Below, piece after piece: positions 12,437-26,798 of a stretch of DNA of 64,000 nt. The stretch is from assembly GCF_009914755.1 (NCBI RefSeq), contig NC_060947.1, one strand, 5' to 3'. The notes beneath the pieces are model-generated. The model was not told where the DNA came from, searched no databases, and saw only the letters and a program-made list of their open reading frames with translations. The first letter of the stretch is position 1. Each line of letters starts with the position of its first letter. Made by a program: the position numbers and the translations under genes. Origin of the DNA: the human T2T-CHM13v2.0 reference genome, Homo sapiens.

Positions 12437-15400
12437 TAACACCTCGGTTATTTACAAATCAACTTCAGAATCTATGCCGTGGGTGACACCGGCTACACTG
12501 CTATTAAATTAACATATTTAAATCAAATAATTTTCTGAATTCAAATGTATTTTAAAAGTGAACTTGACATTCCTACTTGAAATTCAAAAGCAGGTTATCA
12601 CACACCAGAAATGTAGTTGTAAGGAAAAATGAAATGAAAAAGTTTGAAATCTAAAGGAAAAAAGGAAATCTAAGTAGCAGGCCAAATTTATCTGCAATGT
12701 AAAGCCTCCTTGATGTTATTTCCTTTATTTTTCATACTAAGTATTTTTAGTGTACATATTGTAAATTCAACTTTAGAAATGGAAAAACAGTCCCAAAGGG
12801 TGTAAGTATCTTGACCACCATATCAAGAGCACTGTGTGAGAGGCAAGATGGAAACCCATGGCTACTTCATGACATAGCCTCTAAAGAGACGGTGTAGGTA
12901 GGACCCGTCATCTTGCTTCAGCAAGTTGCCCTGGTTCCTTGCCGCTTACTCCTACCTAGGCCCTAATTCTTTCATCCAGCTCTATAGCCTAGGGACTTCT
13001 CACATGTTTTGTGGCAAATGGGATACCCTAAGAAAGGAAGCAGATGAGGAGAGACATAGCGCAAGGTATGGGGAAAGGGGTAGGGAGCTTCTGTGCCCAC
13101 TAGGGGCATGCTGCCCTCCATATGTTCAGCTAGCCAGAAGCCGTCTGAATCCTGTCCTTTTGGTTTTGATGGAGGTTTTCATTCTGTAGGCGTGACTGAT
13201 TAAACTGTTGTCCTGCCACTGGGGATCAAATTAACCTTCTGCCTCTTCCCGAATGCTGGGGGGGGGGGAGGGGCAGCTGAAAGCCCCAACCCTCCTATTC
13301 CCCAAACTAGAGCTACCTAGGTGCTGCCAGCCATGAGTCAACTCACTAGCATATAAAAAGACACCACTTTGTGGAGATTTTAAAAATTGTAGTAGTTGTA
13401 TGCCAGGAAGCAGGGTCTAGGACCAAATATGTATTACACAATATCACACCTGTGCATACCAGCTCAATCAGAACACAAAATTTCAAAAATGATACTGAAT
13501 TTTTAAAAAAAAAAAAAAATAGAGTCTCTATCTCAAAAAAAAATTAACCTCATCCTGGACCTCCTGGGCTGGAGGCATCCTCCACCCTTCGGCTCTAGAG
13601 TAGCTGGGGCTATAGCTACATACAAACTTGCATACATTCATGCATTCACTCTTTTATTTTTGTAGAGAGAGAGTCTTGCTTTGTTGCCCCATCTGGTCTC
13701 AAACTACTGAGCTCAAGCAATCCTCCTGCCTCAGCATCCCAAAGTGCTGGGATTACAGGCGTGGACAACCGCAGCCAGAAACGATTTCCAATATTATCAA
13801 ATACCTGGGAAGGAAGTGAACCAAAGATGAGCAAGACTTCTTTGGTGAAAGCTGCAAAACTTTATTGAGATAGTTTAAGTCAAATATCTAATATAAAACC
13901 AGCTTGCGTTGTTTCAGCTTGTCTTCATTTAAACTTGTGGTTGCTCTTCACCTATAACAGAAGCATAACAGGTGGGAACATTACTAGCAGAACTGTGTTT
14001 AAATGACATTAAGGATATGGAAAAGACACCAAAGTTTTAGTTTTCTACAATGGACAAAACCAGAAGCCTAAGAGTCACCCTTTTGCTTACATTCATGTAG
14101 ACCTCTGAAGAGACTTTGACAACAGTCGTCCAAGTGTATGCATTAAAGATGTTTTTCAAACACACCCTGCTTTCTAGTGCTACAAGGAAAGCAAGACAGT
14201 CCAAGGTCCGAACACATTAAATGAAGTGAACCTACTAAAAAGGGGTTTAAAGTAGAAAGCAAACATTGTGCATAGTTTTACTCAAAATACCAGCACCACA
14301 CAAAAATCCTAAGAAACAAAAAAGGAATTTACGAAAAATGTATAATTTTTGGCAAACACTCTTTTAATATTCTGGCTTGAATCTGTGGTCTGCATGCCAA
14401 ACGGGCTCCTGGAAATGGTCTGAATACTATCTTGGAAGAAAACGGTTACTGTCACCTTAGGAACTGAATAAGTAAAGTGAATAGAAAGGCCAGCATTGCA
14501 TTTGTTTTTACTCTATTGCGCAGAAGGGCAAAAATATTTATTTGGGCTCGTTTACCCTTCTGTGGTTTTTAAGGTACAGCAACCGTTTGTACCCAGTTTT
14601 CTCCTACCGTGATGTCAACATGAATCATGCCTCTTTTTACACTTGAAAGTATTCCCATTTGTATAATTAAGTATATGGTCGCATTACTCTTAAGCTATCA
14701 CTATCAGTTTTGTCATCAATATGTGATAGCATTATGAACTGTGTCACACATGAACACATGGAGGGATACGGGAATGGAAAACAAGAGTAGGACAGCTGAA
14801 AAAGCCAAAATTTGTTTCTAAAAGTAAATGTTTCTGAGGGACAACTGGAAAATTTCACAGTTTCTTCCACAGGCTTTGTGATGCTTAATCAGGTATTACA
14901 GAAATAAATAATGCATGCCTTCCTAGCTTACCAACCATTTCATCCATGCTCTGAAAATCTTAGCGTTCAAGACTGTATTCACTTTCAATAAAGCCCTGTA
15001 TTAAATCACTCTGTCTTGTTCATATTCCATGTTGTGCTTTTTCCGTTTCTTCAAGATTGTGTAAATTACTGAATATTCGTAGCTAATTTTCAAAACACCA
15101 ATCTTTTCAATTTATGACATTTGAACTACTTTTCCTTATACTAATGATTCGTACCTGTCTTTTATTCACTACCACTTTCTTTTTCCTTTAAGTTTATTCT
15201 CTGGCTCTTTTATTGTTATTTCATAGTATTCTTTTCCTTTAACATGTAACGTGCTATTTATTTTAATAAGACGTGCATTTAAAGCTATGATCTCCCTAAG
15301 AATACAACTGAGGCTTGTTCAGTGGGCTCCTGGAAATCGTCTGAGAACTATCTTTTAATGTAAATAGTATAATGGAATGGTTCAGCAGGGTACAGTAAAA

Positions 15401-16427
15401 ACACTTAGGTAATTTCTCCCTTAAACATGGGGTGCTTCCTTTAACTTCAAGAGGTATTGTAATTAACAGTCACCAATTTGGAAAATATGTGTAAAACATA
15501 CTTGTGTCAACTACTCAGGAACTAGCACAGTGCTGTTGTTGAACTTCAAACCCTATCATCTAATGCCTCAAGGCAGAAACCTGTAATATGTAACCTATGG
15601 TATGGTTAGAGGTGACTCTACTATATGAGTCTTCAATCTAATTACACGAAGTAGTTCATGAAGACTGACGGGAGGGCAGGGAGCATGCTTAGCAGAAGCA
15701 TCTTACACCCACCTTGGGCATCACTGACCTACATGCATTCTCTCTACTTCACTGGCCACAGAAACCTGATGATCTCCTGCCATTTTATCATTCAGTCATT
15801 CAAGGCTTCACTGCGGGAAGGCTTTAAAATGCAATTATTCTTTAAGAGACAGAGAACTCAGAATTTGGCAAAATACAAGAACACTCATACAGGGCTCCAC
15901 ACAGGAAAACAAACACCAAGCAGAGTGCCCGCTCATTTTCCTAGGAACCATGAAATCTCAACTCAGACACTATAATTGGACTGAAGCTGATTGTTATGAT
16001 AAACAAATCATGAAGATCAGAATATCTTGGTCTTCTATCCAACAGAACCAGAGCATGTGGAAATTAGCAACGAAATGGATTTTAATCTATCTGATGTGCA
16101 TCCACTCTTTTCACTAAGAGCAAGGATGCCTGTGGAATTTATACGATTCATCCAGACTCTCACAAATTATGGTAGAGCTGGTACTAGAATCTGCTTCAGG
16201 GCTCAGCATACTTCACACAAACTGGTATTACAAATGCATTATGTGTTTGTTAAAAGCAGAAATTAGAAAAGAATCTGAAAATTGTTAGCTGTTGGTTATA
16301 CACCAAACTAAGAAAATGCTGTCACGTTTGATGATTCAATATGGCTTTGACCCAATTTGTTTCTGTATCTGATAGTGTTTAAGTCTTGCAATCTGGCATT
16401 TGGGTCTGAACGACGTTTCAAAGAACA
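12437..16427. repeat. Right palindrome arm (the part whose mirror is inside the window)
   Basis: Reverse complement of 1-3990. Confidence 0.97.
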
Positions 16428-17291
16428 TTTGCATTTGCACTGTGTTTTTAAAGTAGCACTAATGTTATCCCTCTATTATCAAAAGTATAATACTGTGTAA
16501 ATGAGAAAGCACATAACTTTGCATCTTGCTGGATAACATACCTGCTTCTGGCATTTTACAGTGTTCCTCTTTAGGTATTATCTTCACCTTGACGCCGGAA
16601 CCCAAATCCAGATTTATCCCCGGTGTTTGACTGATGCAGCTCTTGCAGATCACCTTCCATGTCGCGCACTTCAAAATACAAAGGTTATCGATTTAAGCAT
16701 TCCAACATGAAATATAAATAAGGAAATGATAATATTCTCTTCCTTCGCGTTACGAAATAAAGCCTGAGCCAGGCGTAGTGGTTCATGCCTGTAATCTCAG
16801 CACTTTGGGAGGCCGAGGTCGCTTGAACCCAAGAGCTGGAGGTGGCAGTGAGCCAAGATCATGCCACAACAATCCACACTGCGTGACAGATGAGCCTCTG
16901 CCACATAATAAAAAAATGTACATTTCTATACACCAAATTAAATGGTTTCAAGTGATTTAGTAAGGACTGTATTTTCAAGCATACAAAATCCATCTCGAAG
17001 AACAAGAGAAGATTCATTATATCCAGGGACAGCATGAAGCTGCAAACTATACTCTCCCTTTTCCAGCCAACTTTGAGCAAATGTTTGGTATCTTTTCCTA
17101 ATGTTCTCTTTGCTCCTGTTACTGCTCATGGCATAGGCCACAATGCACACATAGACCTTCTCCCGCCCCATAGACATACTTTCCCTTCCCAGCACCTGGG
17201 ATCTCAGCTGTATCCTGATCTTCTTCTGTCTGCTGCCCAGGTGTAGGATCCCGACTTTCAGCTGCTGGTTCTTCTTTTTGGGGCTCTCCAT
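13929..17291 (-). CDS. XAGE1: XAGE1 copy B, 81-aa XAGE-1b; coding exons 17291-17196, 16668-16542, 13951-13929
   Basis: Spliced 96+127+23=246 nt gives MESPKKKNQQLKVGILHLGSRQKKIRIQLRSQ|CATWKVICKSCISQTPGINLDLGSGVKVKIIPKEEHCKMPEAG|EEQPQV*; all introns GT-AG; exon 2 acceptor at 17337. Confidence 0.96.
16787..16915 (+). mobile_element. Internally deleted Alu in an XAGE1 intron (copy at 29657-29785)
   Basis: Left-arm start fused directly to right-arm end (gaggtc|gcttgaaccc). Confidence 0.8.
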
Positions 17292-17789
17292 TACTGGGCT
17301 CCTGGGACTGGCTGTGTGGTTCTGTGTTTGTGTGTGTCTAGATAAAAAGTTTTGTTATTAATACATGTCAATAATATAAATATACAGAATACACAGGTAT
17401 GTCTTATTATAAGTATGTCTAGAGACATTTCTCCAACACTACCCCGTATACCTAATCTTCATAACACTATTCTTCCCTCAGAGAGGTTACTCAAAGACAG
17501 ATATCCTCAGGGACTTTGGAAGCCGTTTTAATCAATGTTGGGATGAATGTGTGTAATCTGTTCTGAATAAGCATGAGGAGGAAGTTATGGACAAAATCTG
17601 GGCACACACGATCATCCACCCACACAAAACCCAAATATAACCCTCTGGACTAATCTTTCCTTCATGGGATGCCATGATCATTTTTTATCAGCATGGGAGA
17701 CCATTATCAGTGTATCCATACTAGTCCATCAACACTATCAGAAAAATAACTTTCTGCTAAGAGAAAACATCGAATGTTAAGACATTCAC

Positions 17790-17875
17790 AAGCAGAGGCA
17801 CAATGAGCTCAGGAGGTTGTGAACTTCTTGGCATAGGCCTATATGTTGATCGTCCTCATCAACACATACTTCACT
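17790..17875 (-). pseudogene. Fossil ancestral first coding exon of XAGE1 (copy at 30660-30745)
   Basis: ttgcag|agtgaagtATG TGT TGA TGA GGA CGA TCA ACA TAT AGG CCT...CTG CTT|gtgaat = MC**GRSTYRPMPRSSQPPELIVPLL, homologous to the GAGE/XAGE N-terminus MSWRGRSTYRP. Confidence 0.85.
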
Positions 17876-18423
17876 CTGCAAGCAGAATACTGCGATTGGG
17901 AAAATGCACTTGACAGGACAACTAGATTTGACCGCTTTCATGGTCAAATGTTAACTTGGACATTTTTTTTTTTTTTAATTTAGAAATACTCTGAAAGTCC
18001 CCGGGCAAGTATAAGTGTATGCACCTTTTGAATCGAATGCTTGCAAAGCCACTTAAGTAGGTCTAGCTAGCTGAGCGATGTCTTAAGGCTCCTGGCAAAA
18101 AACACAGGGCATTTCCCATGAGGTTGGTTTCACAACTGGACACTCCATCAGGGAGACAAGTAGGAAATTACAGCTACAGAACTGAAACTGCAGTGACCAC
18201 CAATTTTGTCACATAATGATTTGCTAGGCCCACTTCCCCCCCACCCCAAAGTCACATTTTTAGGAACTCAGGGCCCCGCCCATTGGAATCTCCACAGTGG
18301 AGTTGAGAATTTGCTACACAGCAGTGGGCACTCCTCACAGGACCCCTATGCCAGGCACTCTACAGACCTCGGGGCTGCGGTCACTAGCCCGCAGCATGCC
18401 CCGTCTCCAGGACCCTTCCATAC

Positions 18424-18614
18424 CGCTCATGCCGTCCCTCTCCTGGTCCCGTCTGGGGAGTCCAGAATCTTCTGTCGGGGTTCCAGGTGCTTCTGGGACT
18501 CGGATACCCCCAACAGCACCCCAGCTTCGCCTGAGCCCCTCCACTCCTCGGCCCTCCTTCCTCCCTAGTTATGGCCGTGACGAGACAAGAAGGTCCATGG
18601 GCGTGGCACCGCAT
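18424..18614 (-). CDS. XAGE1: Alternative 5' coding segment of XAGE1 (160-aa XAGE-1c-type isoform MRCHAHGPSCLV...); copy at 31294-31484
   Basis: ATG at 18614, donor CG|gtatgg at 18424; 191+46 nt = 79 codons in frame with the 81-aa CDS. Confidence 0.6.
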
Positions 18615-18743
18615 GAGAGGGACGACGACTTCGAGGGCCTTCTCACTCTGAGTCACTGACCACACAACCCTCCGGAAGCCTGCTGGTTCCTCTTCACTCT
18701 CACTCACACTTCAACTCCCAGTTGGATCTGCCTGTGGACCTAC

Positions 18744-18821
18744 CCGCCGTGTCTCAGTAGCGGAGAAAGAATCCAGACCTCAGGGACCCGAGTCGCCGGC
18801 TCACAGCTCCGCCGCGTTCCC
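18744..18821 (-). other. XAGE1: XAGE1 copy B exon 1 (5' UTR); upstream in-frame ATG at 18892 gives the 146-aa XAGE-1a form
   Basis: gggaacgcggcggagctgtgag...gagacacggcgg|gtaggt; CpG-rich; 149+46 nt = 65 codons in frame. Confidence 0.85.
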
Positions 18822-18854
18822 CACACTGGCGAAGGGGCCGATGGGAAGACGCCC

Positions 18855-18950
18855 AGTGAACATGCGCACTGAGGTGGGCACCAAAGGAGCATGCGCAGTG
18901 AGGTTCCCTCGTGCCTTAAGGGCTGTGGTGCCCCTCCTTATCCCGCCTTG
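18855..18950 (-). promoter_or_regulatory. XAGE1 proximal promoter: two NRF1-like TGCGCATG motifs (18861-18868, 18889-18897) and a GC box; copy at 31725-31820
   Basis: catgcgca twice and tcccgcc within about 130 bp of exon 1. Confidence 0.55.
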
Positions 18951-19076
18951 CCCTGTCCTATGCTCCTTCCCAGGTCCCCATTAACGACTTTGGAATCCCT
19001 CCTCTCTGTGTGTGGGTTCCCCCCCACCAGGACTCAAATACCTCAAATAAAGGCAGCCTTCAAAACTCACTCCATG

Positions 19077-19400
<324 letters not shown>

Positions 19401-19956
19401 CTATGGCCCTCCTTCGTCCCATGCCCGGGACCCCACAACAGCAAGGCCATGGCAGTATCGCTGAGTTTTAGTAGAAAGATGACGACCTCAGAGGCCATGG
19501 ACCAAGTGGCACAACCCACAGGAAGCCCCCCACGCTCCCCCTCACACTCACTCACACTTCACTTTCTGGGAGGACTGATCTGCAGACCTACTGGCTAAGT
19601 CATAGTCAGCACGAAAGAAGGAAGTCACGACGTCTCCTTTCACAGTTGTGGAGGGACAGAAGTTAGAGAGCAAGGCGCATAGGCAGCAAGGAACTTTCAT
19701 AGAAAGGGACATGCACATTGAGCCAGGGACTTTTCAGGGCAGGGTAGGGTTTTCCGCTGTTCCCAGACCCGCATCCCCATGGCGTTTGTAGTAGAAAAAG
19801 GGACTTGAGAGCTTTCGTCTCTCTTTGTCCAATCTCATGCATTCAGAAACGTTGGGAACAGACAGTCCCTTACTGGAGGATGTGTCTCAGGAAGACCTTT
19901 TGTGGAAGAAATAAATTATTTTCATATCTTTATTTATAAAGCCGTTTTTATTTATT

Positions 19957-20212
19957 TTTTTTTCCAGACAGAGTGTCACTCTGTTGCTCAGGCTGGAGGG
20001 CAGTGGCATGACCATACCTCACTGAAGCCTCCATCTCCTGGGCTCAAACAATCCTCCCGATGTAGCCTCCCCAGTCCCTGCTACTACAGGTGCAGACACC
20101 ACACCTGGGTAATTGGTTTATTTATTATTTATTTATTTTTTAGATAGTGGTCTCACTGTGTTGCCCATGCTGGTCTCAATTTCCTGGGCTCAAGTGATCC
20201 TCCCACCTTGGC
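19957..20212 (-). mobile_element. AluJ (copy at 32827-33082; paralogous insertions at ~50505-50725 and 57462-57732)
   Basis: cagacagagtgtcactctgttgctcaggctggagggcagtggcatga...ctcaagtgatcctcccaccttggcc. Confidence 0.85.
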
Positions 20213-20704
20213 CAGTTTTATAAATGCTTTTATTAATCACTTTGTTCTCTGGTTCTGGGTTTTCTGCCATGCTTCCAATAAACGTAATTGAATAAATTCT
20301 TCTGTAGAATAAATACATTCACACCTGTTTACTCTTTTCTTTTTAGGTTGTGTTACTTCACATTTAAATCTCTGGACTGGTAACTGATTTCCCTGAATAT
20401 ACCTGTAGGTCATTCAGACAGTATATGTTTCAGAAATAGCCATAGATTCTGACTGTAGGCTCTAGGCTCAGTTATGACCAGAAAACAAGTCCTGCCAGTC
20501 TCCTACCTCAAATGTATGTTTGTGTATTGACCTGATCCCTGGGACAAGTTTCCCAGACTGAAATCATGGTATCATAAAGCTGGACGCTTTCTTGAGGGGA
20601 TAGAGTAACATCCATATTTTCAATCCGTGTGTAAATAAATTAATTAATGGATGAAAAGATGTATGCAATAATGCAAAGCAGAATAACAGGTATTTGATTA
20701 ATAC

Positions 20705-20900
20705 GGCATCACCAAATTTTGCTTTAACAGATCTGATCGTAATTATTTCAGTCTTTGTGGGTCATGTAGTTTCTGTGGCGTAGTGTTGTGTTTTTTAGCA
20801 ATAATACTTTTAAATGGAAAAAAATCCTTATCTCAATGGCTATGCAAAACAAGCCATGGGCTGTATTTAGATCTCAAGCCATAGTCAGCTAGCCCCTGGA
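20705..20900. mobile_element. MER58-like hAT DNA transposon fossil (copy at 33575-33770)
   Basis: ctttgtgggtcatgtagtttctgtggc...gctatgcaaaacaagccatgggctgtattt...agcccctgg. Confidence 0.5.
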
Positions 20901-21389
20901 TTATCTTTTACTTCACATATTTGAATGCTGTATTTTTGTACCAGTAGTCAAAAGATTAACAAAGGAGAGTTCTACCACCAGGTAAGATTTAGAAAGCCTC
21001 AAGAGAAAGTCACTTTAGCCTTGAAAATGAAAAACAGCCTAATAATCTATAACGTTATCTTTTGTTTTGCTTTGTTTTTAGATCATGAGAGACCTGAGGT
21101 AACAAGGCAGCCATGGGAACTGATCCAAAATGGTGACTTAGTCCCTCTGAGGAGGGATGAGACAAACAAACTGCATCACCTGTGGCAGAGCATGTGTGGA
21201 AGAAGTGACAGCCATAACAGGGGGTAAGAAGAAAACCAGTGAAAATGTAGCAAATTCATAAAGTTCGAACACAGGCATTTGAGAGAGCTGGAATCCTGGC
21301 AAGTCTCAGACACCAGCGGAATTCACGTTCACAGACAGAAAGACATCCTGTCTCAAAAAACAGAGTCAGAGTCTATAAGGCTGGATAAA

Positions 21390-22072
21390 AAGCAAGAACA
21401 AAAATAACAGACGCTGGTGAGTTTGTGCAGAAAAGGCAACGCTTATACCCTGTTGGTTGGAGTATAAATTAGTTCAACCATTGTGGAAAGGAGTGTGGCA
21501 ATTCCTCACGGACTTAAGAACAGAAATACCATTTGGCCCTGCAATCCCATTGCTGGGACTATACCCAAAGGTACATAAACCTTTCTATTATAAAGACGCA
21601 TGCACATGTATGATCATTGTAGCACTACTCACAATAGCAAAGACATGGGATCAACCTAAATGCCCATCAATAACAGACTGCACTTTTTAAAATGTGGTAC
21701 ATATACACCATGGAGTACTATGCAGCCGTAAAAAACAGTGAGATCATGTCCTTTCCAGGAACACGGATGGAGCTGGAGGCCATTATCCTTAGCAAACTAA
21801 TGCAGGAGCAGAAAACCCAATACCACATGAAGTCACTTATAAATGGGAGCTAATTGCTGAGAACACATGGACACCCAGAGAGGGCCAACACGCTGGGGCT
21901 TATCAGAGGGTAGAGGCTGGGAGGAGGGAGAGGATCAACAAAATAACTAATGGGCACTGGCCTTACTACCTGGGTGATGAAATAATCTGTACAACAAACC
22001 CCATGACATGAGTTTACCTATATTACAAACCTGCACATGCACCCTGAACCCAAAATAAAAGTTAAAAGAAAA
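21390..22072 (+). mobile_element. L1PA 3' fragment (end of ORF2 plus 3' UTR); copy at 34260-34942
   Basis: ORF 21457 KLVQPLWK...PAIPLLGLYPK...TIAKTWDQPKCPS is the L1 ORF2 C-terminus; A-rich end. Confidence 0.92.
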
Positions 22073-22272
22073 CTCGAAAATAATTGTGAACTCTTCTGAT
22101 CTTTCTACTTTACAAATATCAGTTCACTTCTTTTTATAAAAGGTAGGAAAGAAGGAAGGGAGTGAGGCATGAAGGGAGCCAGGGAGGAAGGGAGAAAATA
22201 AGGACAAATGGAGCGAGGGAGGGAGGGTGGAAAGAAGTAAAGGAGGGAGGGAGGGAGGCAGGAAGGGAGGCA

Positions 22273-22312
22273 GGAAGGAAGGAAGGAAGGAAGGAAGGAA
22301 GGAAGGAAGGAA
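22273..22312. repeat. (GGAA)10 microsatellite in a purine-rich tract
   Basis: Counted directly. Confidence 0.95.
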
Positions 22313-23079
22313 GAGAAAAATAGGGCTGAACAAACGTTTCTGTCCCTAGCCAAACAGCTCTTGATGGGAAGGCACTTTTAGAAACTTGAGTGAAAAGTAA
22401 CATAAATCAGAGGATTTGAATCATCTTCATTTACAGCCCTTCAAAAGTTATTCTGGCTGTTGTTTCTGAGCGATTCAAACCTGCCTTGGTCTCCATTAAA
22501 TCCACATATTCTTCAGAAGGGCAACTCTTCCCTGGATTAACAGCTCAGCGGAGGACCAACACAAACTGGTTAGTCTAGGAAGAAAAAGAAAAGAAAAGTG
22601 CAGGAGACCAACATTTCCTCCCCCGTGGTTTTTTTTGTTTTTTTTTTTGTTTTGTTTTGTTTTTTTTTTTTACATCTCCTCCTCAATCTACAGAGGGATA
22701 TTTGAATCTCCACATTTCAAAGCTAAGAGAGCTCTGAGAGATCATTTTATATAGTTGTTTCTCAAAGGATTTTTAGCAAAAGAACACCTTCGTGAAATGA
22801 AATTTTACCCAAAACCCTACTGTAGAAAATAGGGGGATAAAATTATATTTTTCATATAAATATACCACTTTAATGTGAAGATATCTTTCTATGAAGGCTG
22901 TCAAAGAGTTTGATTGAGGTTCTTTTGAAGAGCCGAGCAGATTATTCTGTGGATTTCTGCGTAACATTTTAGTTGTATATTAACTTCTGCATCTAATTTT
23001 TCGGTACTTTTATTGTTGTTGCACAGTTGCAAGAGGATCTTGATTTTCACAGTATATTTATCAGTAATCTGTATCTTGA

Positions 23080-25462
<2,383 letters not shown>

Positions 25463-26798
25463 CAGGTTATCACACACCAGAAATGTAGTTGTAAGGAAAA
25501 ATGAAATGAAAAAGTTTGAAATCTAAAGGAAAAAAGGAAATCTAAGTAGCAGGCCAAATTTATCTGCAATGTAAAGCCTCCTTGATGTTATTTCCTTTAT
25601 TTTTCATACTAAGTATTTTTAGTGTACATATTGTAAATTCAACTTTAGAAATGGAAAAACAGTCCCAAAGGGTGTAAGTATCTTGACCACCATATCAAGA
25701 GCACTGTGTGAGAGGCAAGATGGAAACCCATGGCTACTTCATGACATAGCCTCTAAAGAGACGGTGTAGGTAGGACCCGTCATCTTGCTTCAGCAAGTTG
25801 CCCTGGTTCCTTGCCGCTTACTCCTACCTAGGCCCTAATTCTTTCATCCAGCTCTATAGCCTAGGGACTTCTCACATGTTTTGTGGCAAATGGGATACCC
25901 TAAGAAAGGAAGCAGATGAGGAGAGACATAGCGCAAGGTATGGGGAAAGGGGTAGGGAGCTTCTGTGCCCACTAGGGGCATGCTGCCCTCCATATGTTCA
26001 GCTAGCCAGAAGCCGTCTGAATCCTGTCCTTTTGGTTTTGATGGAGGTTTTCATTCTGTAGGCGTGACTGATTAAACTGTTGTCCTGCCACTGGGGATCA
26101 AATTAACCTTCTGCCTCTTCCCGAATGCTGGGGGGGGGAGGGGCAGCTGAAAGCCCCAACCCTCCTATTCCCCAAACTAGAGCTACCTAGGTGCTGCCAG
26201 CCATGAGTCAACTCACTAGCATATAAAAAGACACCACTTTGTGGAGATTTTAAAAATTGTAGTAGTTGTATGCCAGGAAGCAGGGTCTAGGACCAAATAT
26301 GTATTACACAATATCACACCTGTGCATACCAGCTCAATCAGAACACAAAATTTCAAAAATGATACTGAATTTTTAAAAAAAAAAAAAAATAGAGTCTCTA
26401 TCTCAAAAAAAAATTAACCTCATCCTGGACCTCCTGGGCTGGAGGCATCCTCCACCCTTCGGCTCTAGAGTAGCTGGGGCTATAGCTACATACAAACTTG
26501 CATACATTCATGCATTCACTCTTTTATTTTTGTAGAGAGAGAGTCTTGCTTTGTTGCCCCATCTGGTCTCAAACTACTGAGCTCAAGCAATCCTCCTGCC
26601 TCAGCATCCCAAAGTGCTGGGATTACAGGCGTGGACAACCGCAGCCAGAAACGATTTCCAATATTATCAAATACCTGGGAAGGAAGTGAACCAAAGATGA
26701 GCAAGACTTCTTTGGTGAAAGCTGCAAAACTTTATTGAGATAGTTTAAGTCAAATATCTAATATAAAACCAGCTTGCGTTGTTTCAGCTTGTCTTCAT

